The notes under the pieces are model-generated. The model made no database searches. It saw only the letters and a program-made list of their open reading frames with translations, and was not told the origin of the DNA. This document shows, in pieces, positions 1 through 9,895 of a stretch of DNA of 64,000 nt; within the stretch, counting starts at the first letter, position 1; every line of letters begins with the position of its first letter. Origin of the DNA: Chloroflexota bacterium (GTDB lineage: Bacteria; Chloroflexota; Limnocylindria; Limnocylindrales; CSP1-4); the NCBI GenBank assembly GCA_947475545.1, contig CANJLL010000001.1, positions 755,734-819,733 on the forward strand. The letters are read 5' to 3'. The position numbers were made by a program, and so were the translations under genes.

Positions 1-494
1 ACCGCGATGTGATTGCGGTCCAGGCGCATCACGCGGTAGACCGACGCGTTGGCCAGCCCGTCCTCGGGATCGCGGCTGATCTCCAACGCGACGGTCACGT
101 ACGCGCCGCCGTCCTTGCCGGAATAGACCGGCAGCGGCAACGCGAACAGGTCGACGTCCTCGCCGGTCAGGACCACGTCCTGGCACTCCCCCGTCGCCAC
201 TTCGCGCGGCGGGATGGGCGAATGGAGGCCCCGAAGGAACTTCTCGTTCCCTTCGGCCGGCGTGGCGACGTCCAGGGCCAGCAGCGCCTTGGCCCGGTCG
301 GCGAAGAGCGAGCCCACGACGGGCATCGTCGAGCCCACGACGGATTCGAACCAGAGCGCGGGGCCCTTCGTGTCCGACATCTTCCGGATGCCGGCCGCGA
401 TCTCGAACTTGGTCTTGACCGGGCGGCGGACGCGCGCCAGCTGGCCTTCGGCCTCCAGCCGAGCAAGGAACTCGCGCAGGTCGCGGTAGGGCAC
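1..494 (-). CDS. UbiD-family (prFMN-dependent) decarboxylase, 5' portion only; gene continues past the window start
   Basis: The reverse-strand translation from the GTG at 494-492 reads VPYRDLREFLARLEAEGQLARVRRPVKTKFEIAAGIRKM..., a typical UbiD N-terminus. The ORF is not in the track because it runs off the edge. The plus-strand ORF 9..683 is its shadow. Confidence 0.8.
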   Translation of the reverse strand, partial: MPYRDLREFLARLEAEGQLARVRRPVKTKFEIAAGIRKMSDTKGPALWFESVVGSTMPVVGSLFADRAKALLALDVATPAEGNEKFLRGLHSPIPPREVATGECQDVVLTGEDVDLFALPLPVYSGKDGGAYVTVALEISRDPEDGLANASVYRVMRLDRNHIA

Positions 495-552
495 GCGGCG
501 ACTCCTGGGGATCGGCGCGGCCGGGACGCCCCCGGCCGCGTGGACCCCAAAC

Positions 553-960
553 CTACATCCCGGAGAGGCGCTCCGTGGGCAGCCCCATCGCGGTCCGCAT
601 CCCGGTCGCGCTTGCAGGCGCCTCGGCCGGGAAGTGGCGGACGGAGGCCCGGAGGTCTTCGAACGCGTACACCAGGCGCGTGAGGTCGGACGATGCGGTC
701 GTCACGTCGCGCGCGTTGAGCGTCACCTTGAACTTCTCGATGCGGGCGGCCAGCGTGCTTGCCTGCTCGGCCATCTTGCCGGGCCAGTCGTTCTCCGCCA
801 GCACCTGGAGGGCCTCGTCGTAGCACGGCAGGGCCATGTCGATGCCGGCCGCGGGCGTGCCCCAGCGGAGCTTGTACACGCTGGCCTTGTAGAGCTGGAG
901 GTCGATGTTGACCACCGCGGTCCACAGTGTGTTCTTCTTGATCTGCTCAGCGTCGTTCAC
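553..960 (-). CDS. Hypothetical 135-aa protein lying between two UbiD paralogs
   Basis: Clean ORF with a non-biased amino-acid composition (MNDAEQIKKNTLWTAVVNIDLQLYK...), unlike the overlapping frames. Same strand as the UbiD genes, with gaps of 32 bp and 58 bp. No family recognised. Confidence 0.55.
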   Translation of the reverse strand: MNDAEQIKKNTLWTAVVNIDLQLYKASVYKLRWGTPAAGIDMALPCYDEALQVLAENDWPGKMAEQASTLAARIEKFKVTLNARDVTTASSDLTRLVYAFEDLRASVRHFPAEAPASATGMRTAMGLPTERLSGM

Positions 961-991
961 CGGTTGATCCCTCGTCTGCTTCGGTCGGCGC

Positions 992-2386
992 TCAGCGCTT
1001 GGTAGGGACGATGTACTGGGAGAGGTCGATCTTCTCCCAGATCTCGCGCGGCACGTCGGCCCGCTCCTCGAAGGGAGCCTCGATTGGCATGGTCGCGTCG
1101 ATCGCCCACTTGGTGTTCATGGTGTCCTTCTCCCAGCGGCTCCAGATGGAGTAGCTGGCGGGGTCCAGGCGGCTCACGGCGGAGTCCTGGACGAAGAAGG
1201 TCGCCTTGTCGGGCTGGATGCGAGTCGCGATCGCCCAGAGGACGTCCGAGTCGTTGTCGATGTCGATGTCGTCGTCCACGATCACCGCCAGCTTGACGAA
1301 CGGGTCGGCGGCCAGGGCGGCCAGCGCGGCCAGCTTGCCCTCCCCGTCGAACTCCTTCTTGATCTGGACGTAGGCCGTGAAGCGGCAGATGCCCGACATG
1401 GGCATCCGGACCGCCTGGACGGACGGCACGGACTGCTTGACCCGCTTGTAGAGCACGGACTCCCGGCCCAGGCGGCCGGTCAGGTTGTGTTCCGGGTGGG
1501 CGGCGAACAGGTGGTGGTAGATGGCGTCGGCGCGGAAGGTGATCGCGGTCACTTCCATGATCGGCGACGAGCGCTCCAGCCCGTAGTACCAGGTGAACTC
1601 GCCGTACGGGCCCTCGGGGAGGCGGGCGCCGGGGAGGATGCGGCCCTCGATGGCCACCTCCGCGTAGGCCGGGATCAGGATGTCCACGGTCTTGCCCTTG
1701 ACCACGGCCAGGGGCTCCTCCAGGAGGCCGCCCATCACCTCGTACTCGTCCTCGCCGAAGGGGATCTTGGACTGCGAGCCGAGCAGGGTGGCCGGATGGT
1801 GACCCACCCAGACGACGCACTCCAGGGCCTCGCCGCGCGCCTCGGCGTGGCGATGCACGCGCCCGATGTGGGTGTGCTTCTCGTAGCTCATGCCCAGGGT
1901 CTTCTTGTCGTGGACCATCATCCGGTAGATGCCGGAGTTGTGGATCCCGGTCTCCGGATCCCTGACCGTGCTGACGCCGCCGGAGATGAACGCGCCCGAG
2001 TCCTTCTCGCAGTTGGTGACGATCGGCAGGTCGTACAGGTTGATATCGTCGCCGGTGATCGTGATCTCCTGCACCGGCCCCTGGCCCAGGATCTGCACCG
2101 GGTGGCGCTTGTCCTCGCGGTCGATGTAGGTCTGGGTCAGCTTGTCCGGGGTGGTCTCCAGCGCCTCGGCCAGGAGGCGGGTGCTCCCCAGGACGTTGGT
2201 GATGGCGCGAATCCGGCTCCCCTTGACGTGCTCGAAGAGGACGGCGGGGTCGCGGCGGTCCGCCTGAAGCCGGCGGACGACCGCCGGGATCTCGTAGACG
2301 GGGTCCACCTCGCGCTCGACGCGGACGAACTCGTCCGGGGCGTTCTCCTCGAGGCGCTTCAGAAAGCTGCGCAGATCCTTCGGCAT
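992..2386 (-). CDS. UbiD-family decarboxylase (paralog 2)
   Basis: Full-length UbiD-like protein. Preferred start is the ATG giving MPKDLRSFLKRLEE, with GGAG upstream; a GTG at 2395 is the alternative. TGA stop. Confidence 0.9.
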   Translation of the reverse strand: MPKDLRSFLKRLEENAPDEFVRVEREVDPVYEIPAVVRRLQADRRDPAVLFEHVKGSRIRAITNVLGSTRLLAEALETTPDKLTQTYIDREDKRHPVQILGQGPVQEITITGDDINLYDLPIVTNCEKDSGAFISGGVSTVRDPETGIHNSGIYRMMVHDKKTLGMSYEKHTHIGRVHRHAEARGEALECVVWVGHHPATLLGSQSKIPFGEDEYEVMGGLLEEPLAVVKGKTVDILIPAYAEVAIEGRILPGARLPEGPYGEFTWYYGLERSSPIMEVTAITFRADAIYHHLFAAHPEHNLTGRLGRESVLYKRVKQSVPSVQAVRMPMSGICRFTAYVQIKKEFDGEGKLAALAALAADPFVKLAVIVDDDIDIDNDSDVLWAIATRIQPDKATFFVQDSAVSRLDPASYSIWSRWEKDTMNTKWAIDATMPIEAPFEERADVPREIWEKIDLSQYIVPTKR

Positions 2387-2582
2387 CCCAGGCACGCTCC
2401 GCTACGTTCTTCGCTGATCATCCGCGTCTCGCGTTTCAGGCTCGCGTTTCAGGCCCGCGTTTCCGCATGTTGGCAACGGGTTCCCGAATCTGCGGGAACG
2501 ATACCACCCGGGCCGGGTCGCGGGCCCGAGGCTGGCGATGCTGCGCGACGGGTGGCGGCCCCGAGGCAGGCGCCGCCAGGCC

Positions 2583-3215
2583 TTAATCCGTGGCACCCCA
2601 GATCCCGCGCACCCGCGCCGTGCTGGCCACCTCGCCGAAGTTCGACGCGATGTTCGCCAGCGTCGCGTCCTGGGCCGCGGCGCTCGCGGTGCCGCACGCG
2701 TCGCCGACCATGACCAGGTGGAAGTCGCGCATATGCGCGGCTCGCGCCGTGCTCTCGACGCACACGTTGGTCGCCGTCCCACAGATCACGACCGTCCGGA
2801 TCCCGCGGGCCCGGAGCAGGAACTCCAGGTTGGTGCCCAGGAAGGCGTCGTAGCGGAACTTGTTGATCACCTCTTCGCCGGGGAGGGGCTCCACCTCGTA
2901 CCACTCCGCGCCCCACGAGCCGGCAATGGCGGCCCGGTGCTCCTGCGAGCCGCCCATCCGGACCAGGCGATCCACCCACGCGGCGCTGTCCGTCGCGGGA
3001 CGATGCCAATTCCGGGTGTGGATCACGTGGACGCCGGCCTCACGCGCGGTCGCGAGCAGGGCCTGCAGCGTGGGGACCATCTCGATGACGGAGCTGGTGT
3101 CGACGCCCTTGCTGGCCAGGTTTCCCTTGGGGTGGATGTAGTCGTTCTGCATGTCGATCACGAGCAGCACGGTGCTGGCCGGGTCGATCTTCTCGGCCAG
3201 TGTCAGGGCAGGCAT
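2583..3215 (-). CDS. Isochorismatase-family cysteine hydrolase
   Basis: Motifs LLVIDMQNDY and VVICGTATNVCVESTARAA are typical of isochorismatase/CSHase-like hydrolases. Confidence 0.85.
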   Translation of the reverse strand: MPALTLAEKIDPASTVLLVIDMQNDYIHPKGNLASKGVDTSSVIEMVPTLQALLATAREAGVHVIHTRNWHRPATDSAAWVDRLVRMGGSQEHRAAIAGSWGAEWYEVEPLPGEEVINKFRYDAFLGTNLEFLLRARGIRTVVICGTATNVCVESTARAAHMRDFHLVMVGDACGTASAAAQDATLANIASNFGEVASTARVRGIWGATD

Positions 3216-3343
3216 CGGACACCTCTCGCGCTCAGGGGCCGGCGGCCACGCCGCGGTTGGCGGCCATGATAGTCCGCGCGATCATGGCTCCGGGGCTGTG
3301 GCACACTCCGCCGTGCCCAGGCAGACGTCCCCGGGGAGGGTTG

Positions 3344-4219
3344 GTGGACAGTCATCTGACGACAGTCGTGGTCGCGCTGATCGCCGCCGTCCTCCTCGCC
3401 GCGAACCAGGTCTGCGGCCGCATCGGGCTGCAGTACGGCACGGTGCCCCAGTCGTGGCTGGTGGTCTTCTCGACCAGCGCCCTGCTGATCATCATCCAGG
3501 CGATGATCGTGGCACCGCAGCCGTTCCAGCTGACGGCCAGGGCCACCGGTCTCTTTGCCGCCGACGGGATCCTGTACGCCTGCGCGGCCGGGCTGATGCT
3601 GGTCAGCGGCCTCAAGGTGGGGCCGTCAACCGCCTCGGCAGTCAAGAACGCCTCCCCCGTCCCGGCAATCCTCCTCGCGATCCCGTTCCTGGGCGAGTTC
3701 CCCGGTCCAGCCGAGGTCATCGGGACGGCAATGGTCGTGGGCGGCGTGCTGCTGCTCTCCGGCAAGGCCGGCGCCAGGGGCAGGGCGGCGTTCTGGCGGC
3801 CGGCGATGGCCTTCCCGATTGCGGCCATGCTCTTCTTTGCCGTCGACAACGTCGTCCGCAAGCTTGGGGTGCACGAGGTTGCGCACCCCATGATCGGCGG
3901 GGCGGTCGCCGGCGTCGCCATGACGATCTTCGCCATCGTGGCCTTCCTGGTCACGCGCTCCCGGGTCCCCAACCTGCGAGCGTTCCGGTGGTTCCTGCTG
4001 ACCGGGGCCTTCCAGGGCTTTGCCTACTACGCCATCATCACGGCGCTCAACTCGGGCAGCGTCGCCGTCGTGGTCCCCATTTACACGTCGTCGCCGATCT
4101 TCGTCATCCTTGGGTCGCGACTCTTCCTGGGCCACCTCGAGACGCTGACGCGGCGCGTGGTCATCGGGGTCGTGACCGTCTTTGCCGGGATCGTGGTCAT
4201 CAGCATCTTCGGGGGCTGA
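3344..4219 (+). CDS. EamA/DMT-family membrane transporter
   Basis: Multi-TM hydrophobic protein with the two-repeat EamA architecture. Start placed at GTG 3344, 5 nt after GGAGG (3334-3338). The longer track ORF starts at 3200 inside the upstream gene. Confidence 0.7.
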   Translation: MDSHLTTVVVALIAAVLLAANQVCGRIGLQYGTVPQSWLVVFSTSALLIIIQAMIVAPQPFQLTARATGLFAADGILYACAAGLMLVSGLKVGPSTASAVKNASPVPAILLAIPFLGEFPGPAEVIGTAMVVGGVLLLSGKAGARGRAAFWRPAMAFPIAAMLFFAVDNVVRKLGVHEVAHPMIGGAVAGVAMTIFAIVAFLVTRSRVPNLRAFRWFLLTGAFQGFAYYAIITALNSGSVAVVVPIYTSSPIFVILGSRLFLGHLETLTRRVVIGVVTVFAGIVVISIFGG

Positions 4220-4256
4220 CAAGAGCGGGCTCCACTCAGCGCACAGGGAGGGTTCC

Positions 4257-5048
4257 ATGCCGAAGGACGGCTTCCTCACGGTCAACGGGCTGCGGATCCA
4301 CTACATCGACTTCCGTGGCGAGGGCCGCCCGGTCGTGGCGATCCACGGGATCGCGTCGGCCGGGATGGTCTGGCGCGAGCTTCGCGGTGCCCTTGGGCGC
4401 CGGGTGGTGGCCACGGACCTGCGCGGCCACGGCGACAGCCAATGGTCCCCGGACGGGACATATGGCTCGGCAGACGCGGCGGCGGACATCGCGGGGGTGA
4501 TCGCGAAGCTGGACCTTGGCGAGGTCGACGTGATCGGCCACAGCTGGGGCGGGCTGATCGCCATGTCGCTGGCCGACCGGCTGGGCGCGCAGGCGAGGCG
4601 GCTCGTCGTGGTGGACATCCCGCCCTCGTCTGCACAGAAGCCCGAGGAGGTCACGCCGCGGCAGGTCCAGTTCGACACTTGGGAGGCCGCGCTCGAGGCG
4701 GAGCGCAAGCGGAGCCCGCGTGGGTCAGACGCGGCCATCGCCAACCTTGCGGACCGGACCTACCGCCCGGCCGAAGGCGGCGGCTTCGTCAAGAAGCTGG
4801 ACCCGACGTTCCTGCGCCGCTGGGACTTCCGGACCGAGGACCACTGGGGCACGCTGGCCCGGCTGGCCCAGCCCACGCTGATCGTGAAGGGCGCGGGCTC
4901 CCCCACCGTCCCCGATGACGTCGCGCAGCGGATGGCGGATGCGCTGCCGAACGGCCGCTGGGTGACCGTTCCCGACACGGGACACGCAGTTCACGTGGAG
5001 AACCCGTCGGGGTTCATCGCCGAGGTGAAGCCCTTCCTGGAGGGCTAG
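4257..5048 (+). CDS. Alpha/beta-fold hydrolase
   Basis: HGIASAG, GHSWGG nucleophile elbow, and C-terminal DTGHAVHVE. ATG at 4257 is preceded by GGGAGGG with a 5-nt spacer. Confidence 0.85.
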   Translation: MPKDGFLTVNGLRIHYIDFRGEGRPVVAIHGIASAGMVWRELRGALGRRVVATDLRGHGDSQWSPDGTYGSADAAADIAGVIAKLDLGEVDVIGHSWGGLIAMSLADRLGAQARRLVVVDIPPSSAQKPEEVTPRQVQFDTWEAALEAERKRSPRGSDAAIANLADRTYRPAEGGGFVKKLDPTFLRRWDFRTEDHWGTLARLAQPTLIVKGAGSPTVPDDVAQRMADALPNGRWVTVPDTGHAVHVENPSGFIAEVKPFLEG

Positions 5049-5073
5049 CCGCGGTCCGACCTAGACTCCGCGG

Positions 5074-6096
5074 ATGAAGAAGATCGGCTTCCTCTCGTTC
5101 GGGCACTGGTCGGACTCGCCCCACTCCCAGGTGCGCTCCGCGTCCGACGCGCTGATCCAGTCCATCGAACTCGCCGAGGCGGTCGAGGACCTCGGCGGCG
5201 ACGGCGCCTACTACCGAGTCCATCACTTCGCCCAGCAGCTGGCATCCCCGTTCCCGCTCCTCGCCGCGGTGGGCGCGCGGACCAAGCGCATCGAGATCGG
5301 CACCGCCGTGATCGACATGCGCTACGAGAACCCGCTGTACATGGTCGAGGACGCGGGCGCCGCGGACCTGATCGCCGGCGGCCGACTCCAGCTGGGGATC
5401 AGCCGCGGCTCGCCGGAGCAGGTGATCGACGGGTTCCGGTACTTCGGCTATGCGCCGCCGGAGGGCGAGACCGACGCCGACATGGCCCGCCAGCACACCG
5501 ACGTCTTCCTCCAGGCCCTCTCGGGCGAGCGGTTCGCCCGGCCCAATCCCACGCCGATGTTCCCCAACCCGCCGGGCCTCCTCCGCCCCGAGCCGCACTC
5601 GCCCGGCCTGCGCGACCGGATCTGGTGGGGCGCCGGCTCGCGTGCGACGGCCGAATGGACGGCCCAGCAGGGCATGCACCTGATGTCGTCGACGCTGCTC
5701 ACCGAGGACGCGGGCGTCCCGTTCCACGTGCTCCAGGCGGAGCAGATCCAGCGCTTCCGCGACGCGTGGACGGCGGCGGGGCATTCCCGGGAGCCCCGGG
5801 TGTCGGTGAGCCGCAGCATCTTTGCGCTGGTCGACGACCGGGACCGGGCCTACTTCGGGCGCGGGAACCAGGCGAATGACCAGGTGGGGATGATCGACGC
5901 GCAGACCCGGGCGATCTTCGGGCGGTCCTACGCGGCAGAACCCGACGTGCTGGTCCGGGAGCTGGCGAACGACACGGCCATCCAGGCGGCGGACACGCTG
6001 CTCCTCACGGTCCCCAACCAGCTGGGCGTGGAGTACAACGCGCACGCCATCGAGAGCATCCTCAAGTACGTGGCGCCCGCCCTGGGCTGGCGGTAG
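5074..6096 (+). CDS. LLM-class (luciferase-like) flavin-dependent oxidoreductase
   Basis: MKKIGFLSFGHW... TIM-barrel LLM signature and length (~340 aa). Confidence 0.85.
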   Translation: MKKIGFLSFGHWSDSPHSQVRSASDALIQSIELAEAVEDLGGDGAYYRVHHFAQQLASPFPLLAAVGARTKRIEIGTAVIDMRYENPLYMVEDAGAADLIAGGRLQLGISRGSPEQVIDGFRYFGYAPPEGETDADMARQHTDVFLQALSGERFARPNPTPMFPNPPGLLRPEPHSPGLRDRIWWGAGSRATAEWTAQQGMHLMSSTLLTEDAGVPFHVLQAEQIQRFRDAWTAAGHSREPRVSVSRSIFALVDDRDRAYFGRGNQANDQVGMIDAQTRAIFGRSYAAEPDVLVRELANDTAIQAADTLLLTVPNQLGVEYNAHAIESILKYVAPALGWR

Positions 6097-6147
6097 GCCG
6101 ATCCGATCCGGCGCGGGGGCGCCGGGGCGCCGCGCCCGGGGAATCCC

Positions 6148-6963
6148 TCAGGCGTCGATCGTCTGGCCGCCGTCCACCGCCAGCGCGTGGCCAGTGACGA
6201 AGGAGGCCTCGTCGCTCGCCAGGAACAGGATCGCGTAGGCGATCTCCTCCGGCGCCGCCATCCGCCGGAGTGAGCGGGCCAGGTTGTCCATCCGCGCGCG
6301 GGTGGCGGCCGGGTCCGCCGAAGCGGCGATCCGCTCCTCCAGGCGCGGCGTCACCGTGGCGCCTGGGCAGACGCAGTTGACCCGGATCGCCGGGCCGTAG
6401 TCGATGGCCAGCTGGCGGGTCAGGTTGACCACCGCGGCCTTCGACGCGCAGTAGGCCGGGTAGGCGTCCGTCGCGAGGAGGCCGAACGACGAGGCGTTGT
6501 TGACGATGACCCCGCCGCCCTGGCGATCGAACATCGGCAGCACCGCGCGCACGCCGTGGAAGACGGAGTCCAGGTTCGTCCGGAGGACCGCGTGCCAGTC
6601 ATCCTCAGTGAGCTCGTGGAGGCGCGCGCGGATCCCGAACCCGGCGTTGTTGACGAGGATGTCGGCCCGGCCGAATTCGCCTTCGGTCACGTCGATCACG
6701 CGCGACCATTCGGCCGCCACGCCGGCGTCAGCCTCGACGTAGACCGCCCGGCCACTCCCCTGCCCCGCCGCCCCGTCCCGGGCGATCAGCTCGTCGATCC
6801 GCGGCGCGTCCCCGGGGCGTGCCAGCTCGGCGGGCCTGATGTCCGCGCAGACCACCGCGGCTCCCTCGCGCGCGAACAGGCGAGCCGTGGCGCGCCCGAT
6901 CCCCGAATCCGCCCCGGTGACGATCACCACCTTCCCCGTCAGCCGCCCCCGTCCGGGGCCCAT
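6148..6963 (-). CDS. SDR-family short-chain dehydrogenase/reductase
   Basis: GKVVIVTGADSGIG Rossmann motif, NNAG, and the YxxxK region (YCASK). The N-terminal Arg/Pro-rich extension in the track ORF is excluded. Confidence 0.8.
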   Translation of the reverse strand: MGPGRGRLTGKVVIVTGADSGIGRATARLFAREGAAVVCADIRPAELARPGDAPRIDELIARDGAAGQGSGRAVYVEADAGVAAEWSRVIDVTEGEFGRADILVNNAGFGIRARLHELTEDDWHAVLRTNLDSVFHGVRAVLPMFDRQGGGVIVNNASSFGLLATDAYPAYCASKAAVVNLTRQLAIDYGPAIRVNCVCPGATVTPRLEERIAASADPAATRARMDNLARSLRRMAAPEEIAYAILFLASDEASFVTGHALAVDGGQTIDA

Positions 6964-7064
6964 CTGCGGGTGCTCGTCGCTCACCGCCGGCACCTCCGCG
7001 CACGCTCGGCGCGACGTGCCCCGCCGCGCCGGGCCGCCGCCACCCAGGCCGCCACCAGCGCCGC

Positions 7065-7694
7065 CTACGTCCGGGCGATCATCAGGAACATCGGGTACTC
7101 GCGCTCCACCCCGCCGCGGACCTTGTGGACCGTGAGGACGTCGTCGAACTCGACCGACGCGAAGCCCGCCGCCAGCACCTTCTCGCCGAGCGGCTCTCGC
7201 TCGAAGCCGAAGTAGCCCTCGTACGCCTCGCGATGGAACGAGCCATCCTCCAGGTCCATGTCGGCCACCACCAGCACGCCGTCCGGGGCCAGGCAGGCGC
7301 GGAGTGCCCCGAGGATCTGATCCGTATCCATGATGTGGTGGAGGATCAGCTGGAGGCCGATGAGGTCGTAGCGCTCGGCCGGGAGCGGGTCGGTGGTCAG
7401 GTCCAGGCGCCGCCACTCGACGTCCGTCATCTCGCTGGCGGCGATCTTCTTCTGGACCTGGGCCAGCATCCCCTCGCTGATGTCGGCCAGCGTCATGTGG
7501 CCAACGAACGGCTTCAGGGCAAAGCCCAGCAGGCCCGTCCCGGCGCCGTACTCCAGCACCCGGGTGGCGGGCGTGGGTCCGACCAGCTCGTTGATGCGGC
7601 GCGCGACCGTCTGGGAGCGTGCGCGACGATCGGGCTCGTCATCCCAGGTGGCGGCTCGCTCGTCGTAGTCGCCGGTGGTGCCGAAGCCGGGCAT
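7065..7694 (-). CDS. Class I SAM-dependent methyltransferase
   Basis: VLEYGAGTGLLG (motif I) and a methyltransferase fold. Start placed at MPGFGTT. Confidence 0.8.
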   Translation of the reverse strand: MPGFGTTGDYDERAATWDDEPDRRARSQTVARRINELVGPTPATRVLEYGAGTGLLGFALKPFVGHMTLADISEGMLAQVQKKIAASEMTDVEWRRLDLTTDPLPAERYDLIGLQLILHHIMDTDQILGALRACLAPDGVLVVADMDLEDGSFHREAYEGYFGFEREPLGEKVLAAGFASVEFDDVLTVHKVRGGVEREYPMFLMIART

Positions 7695-7744
7695 GGGGAA
7701 GTCCTCCGCTGGCGGCGCCCGCGGCGCCGATGGAATTTGGCGCC

Positions 7745-8516
7745 CTAGAGCGCCTTGGGGAAGACCGCGAGCAGCCCGCCGTCGCACGGCAGGTCCACCC
7801 CGGTGATGAACGCAGCCTGGTCCGAGGCGAGGAAGAGCACGGCGCTGGCCTGGTCCTCGGGGCGGCCCCAGCGGCCCAGCGGGATGCTCCGCGCGGGGCC
7901 GGATCGCTCGAAGACATCCGCCTGGTAGCCGTAGCCCAGCGGCTGGCCGCTCTGCGTGGGCGTCACCGAGTTCACGCGGATCCCGTGCTGGGCAAGCTCC
8001 ACGGCGGCGACCCGGGTGAGGTTGAGCACGCCGCCCTTGGCGACCGGATAGGCGCCCTTGCCGATGTTCCCGCGGTGGCCGCTGGTGGACGCCATGTTGA
8101 CGATGGCGCCGCCGTGGCCCGCGGCGATCATCACCGCCGCGACCTTCCGGATGAGCAGGAACTGCGAGCGGAGCGTGACGCCGATCACGTATTCCCACTC
8201 GTCAAGCGAGGTCTCCAGCAGCGTCTTGTTGATGGTTGCGGCCGCGTTGTTGACCAGAAGGTGGACGCCGCCCAGCTGTCGGACGACTTGGTCCACTCCG
8301 CGGCCGACCTCGTCCTCGTCGCTGACGTCGGCGACGACCGCGATGGCGCGGCCACCGGCCGCCTCGATCTCAGCCGCGACAGCCTCCGCCCGGCCCTGGT
8401 CACGGTCCACCACGGCAACCGCGGCACCTTCCGCAGCGAACCGCAGGGCGATGGCCCGACCGATGTTCTGGCCCGCCCCCGTGACGATCGCAACCTTCCC
8501 GTCCAACTGTCCCACG
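7745..8516 (-). CDS. SDR-family oxidoreductase
   Basis: GKVAIVTGAGQNIG, NNAA, YPVAKGG. Divergent from the Fe-ADH gene. Confidence 0.8.
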
Positions 8517-8529
8517 CACCGCCTCCGGT

Positions 8530-8559
8530 TTGACACCGCCCCAATCCGGCGCCTACGGT
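8530..8559 (+). promoter_or_regulatory. Candidate sigma70-like promoter (TTGACA-18nt-TACGGT) in the divergent intergenic region ahead of the Fe-ADH gene
   Basis: Exact TTGACA at 8530-8535 and TACGGT at 8554-8559, about 100 nt upstream of the ATG at 8659. Confidence 0.3.
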
Positions 8560-8658
8560 ACACCTGCGATCCCGCCGACCGCGCGCCGCTCGCGACCCCC
8601 AGGGCGAGCGCCTCCGGCCCCGTTCCCGCCCCTCGCATCGATCGAAAGGTGACCGCTG

Positions 8659-9843
8659 ATGACTGCCGCCCCGGGCGCCCTCTCCCGCTATGCCGCCCCC
8701 ACCGAGCTCGTCTACGGACCGGGCAGCATCAAGCGACTGGGCGCCGAGGTGAAGCGCCTGGGTGGCACCAAGGTGCTCCTGGTGAGCGACGCGGGTCTGG
8801 CCAAGGTGGGCCTGGTGGCCAGGGCCGAGGCCTCGCTGACGGAGGCGGGCGTCGCCTTCACCACCGACTACAACGTCCCGCTCGACCCCACCTTCGCCGA
8901 CGTCGACCGCCTGGTTGCTGTCATCAAGGCAAACGGCTCGGACACCGTGGTCTCCGTGGGCTCCGGCTCCGTCCTGGCGGCCGGCCGGTCATCCGCGGTC
9001 GCGGCCACCCACGAGGGCCCCAGCAGCCTGATCGCCGGCGTGGACAAGTCGACCAACGACCCGCTGCTCTCCATCTGCGTGCCCACCACGGCGGGCTCCG
9101 GCGGCGAGGTGAGCCGGCAGGCCACCATCACCGACGATCACGGCCACAAGAGCGGCATCCAGGGCTGGGCCGTCGCGGCACGCCTTGCCATCCTGGACGC
9201 AGAGCTGTGCGTCTCGGCGCCCAGGCACCAGGCCGTGGCGTCCGGCGTTGACGCGCTGGTGCACGCGCTGGAGGCGTACGTCTCCAACCGCCACTCGCCC
9301 CTCACCGACGCACTGGCCCTGCCCGCCTTCGAGATCATGTACCACGACCTGCCCAAGGCGATCGCCAACCCCACGGTCGAGGTCTACGACCGCCTGCTCC
9401 TCGCCTCCAGCATGGCCAACCTGGCCTGCGGCAACGCCGGCCTGGGCCTGATCCACGGCATCAACAAGGGCATCACGTACCTGTTCCATACCGGCCGCTA
9501 CGCCACCCTGTCGTACGGCGACCTGCACAGCGTGATCATGCCGTTCGTCAACGCGTTCAACATCCAGGCCACCCCGGAGCGGTTCGCCGTGCTGGCGCGC
9601 CTGATGGGCGTCCCGGCCGACGTGCCGGATGCCGAGGCCGCGGCACGGAGCGTGGACCTGATCAAGGACTGGCTGGCCGGCCTGGGCGCCCCGCGACGCC
9701 TGCCCTGGGACAGCTGCCCGCCCGAGGACGTGGACACCATCGTCAACGACGTCAACGGCCGGATCATGGCCAAGGACAACCCGCGCACCAGCACGGCTGA
9801 GGACCTCCGCCAGATGGTCCTGGACTGCATCAAGGGCTGGTAG
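8659..9843 (+). CDS. Iron-containing (group III) alcohol dehydrogenase
   Basis: Fe-ADH family architecture, with a GGGS-like NAD site and His-rich metal-site region. GAAAGG RBS lies 9 nt upstream. Confidence 0.85.
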   Translation: MTAAPGALSRYAAPTELVYGPGSIKRLGAEVKRLGGTKVLLVSDAGLAKVGLVARAEASLTEAGVAFTTDYNVPLDPTFADVDRLVAVIKANGSDTVVSVGSGSVLAAGRSSAVAATHEGPSSLIAGVDKSTNDPLLSICVPTTAGSGGEVSRQATITDDHGHKSGIQGWAVAARLAILDAELCVSAPRHQAVASGVDALVHALEAYVSNRHSPLTDALALPAFEIMYHDLPKAIANPTVEVYDRLLLASSMANLACGNAGLGLIHGINKGITYLFHTGRYATLSYGDLHSVIMPFVNAFNIQATPERFAVLARLMGVPADVPDAEAAARSVDLIKDWLAGLGAPRRLPWDSCPPEDVDTIVNDVNGRIMAKDNPRTSTAEDLRQMVLDCIKGW

Positions 9844-9895
9844 CCAGGGCGACCGAAGACCGGACCACACGCCCGCCGCGCACCCGAAGCCGACC

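Noticed and set aside
167-2713. Long Arg/Pro/Gly-rich ORFs on the opposite strand or in other frames of the UbiD genes (for example 167..925, 957..1820, 1487..2713). Many similar ones occur across the window (for example 5014..6045, 16036..18357, 25782..27998, 35276..37390, 55432..59331).
   Set aside because: These are shadow ORFs typical of ~70% GC DNA. They have low-complexity R/P/G/A composition and fully overlap genes that have clear family signatures.
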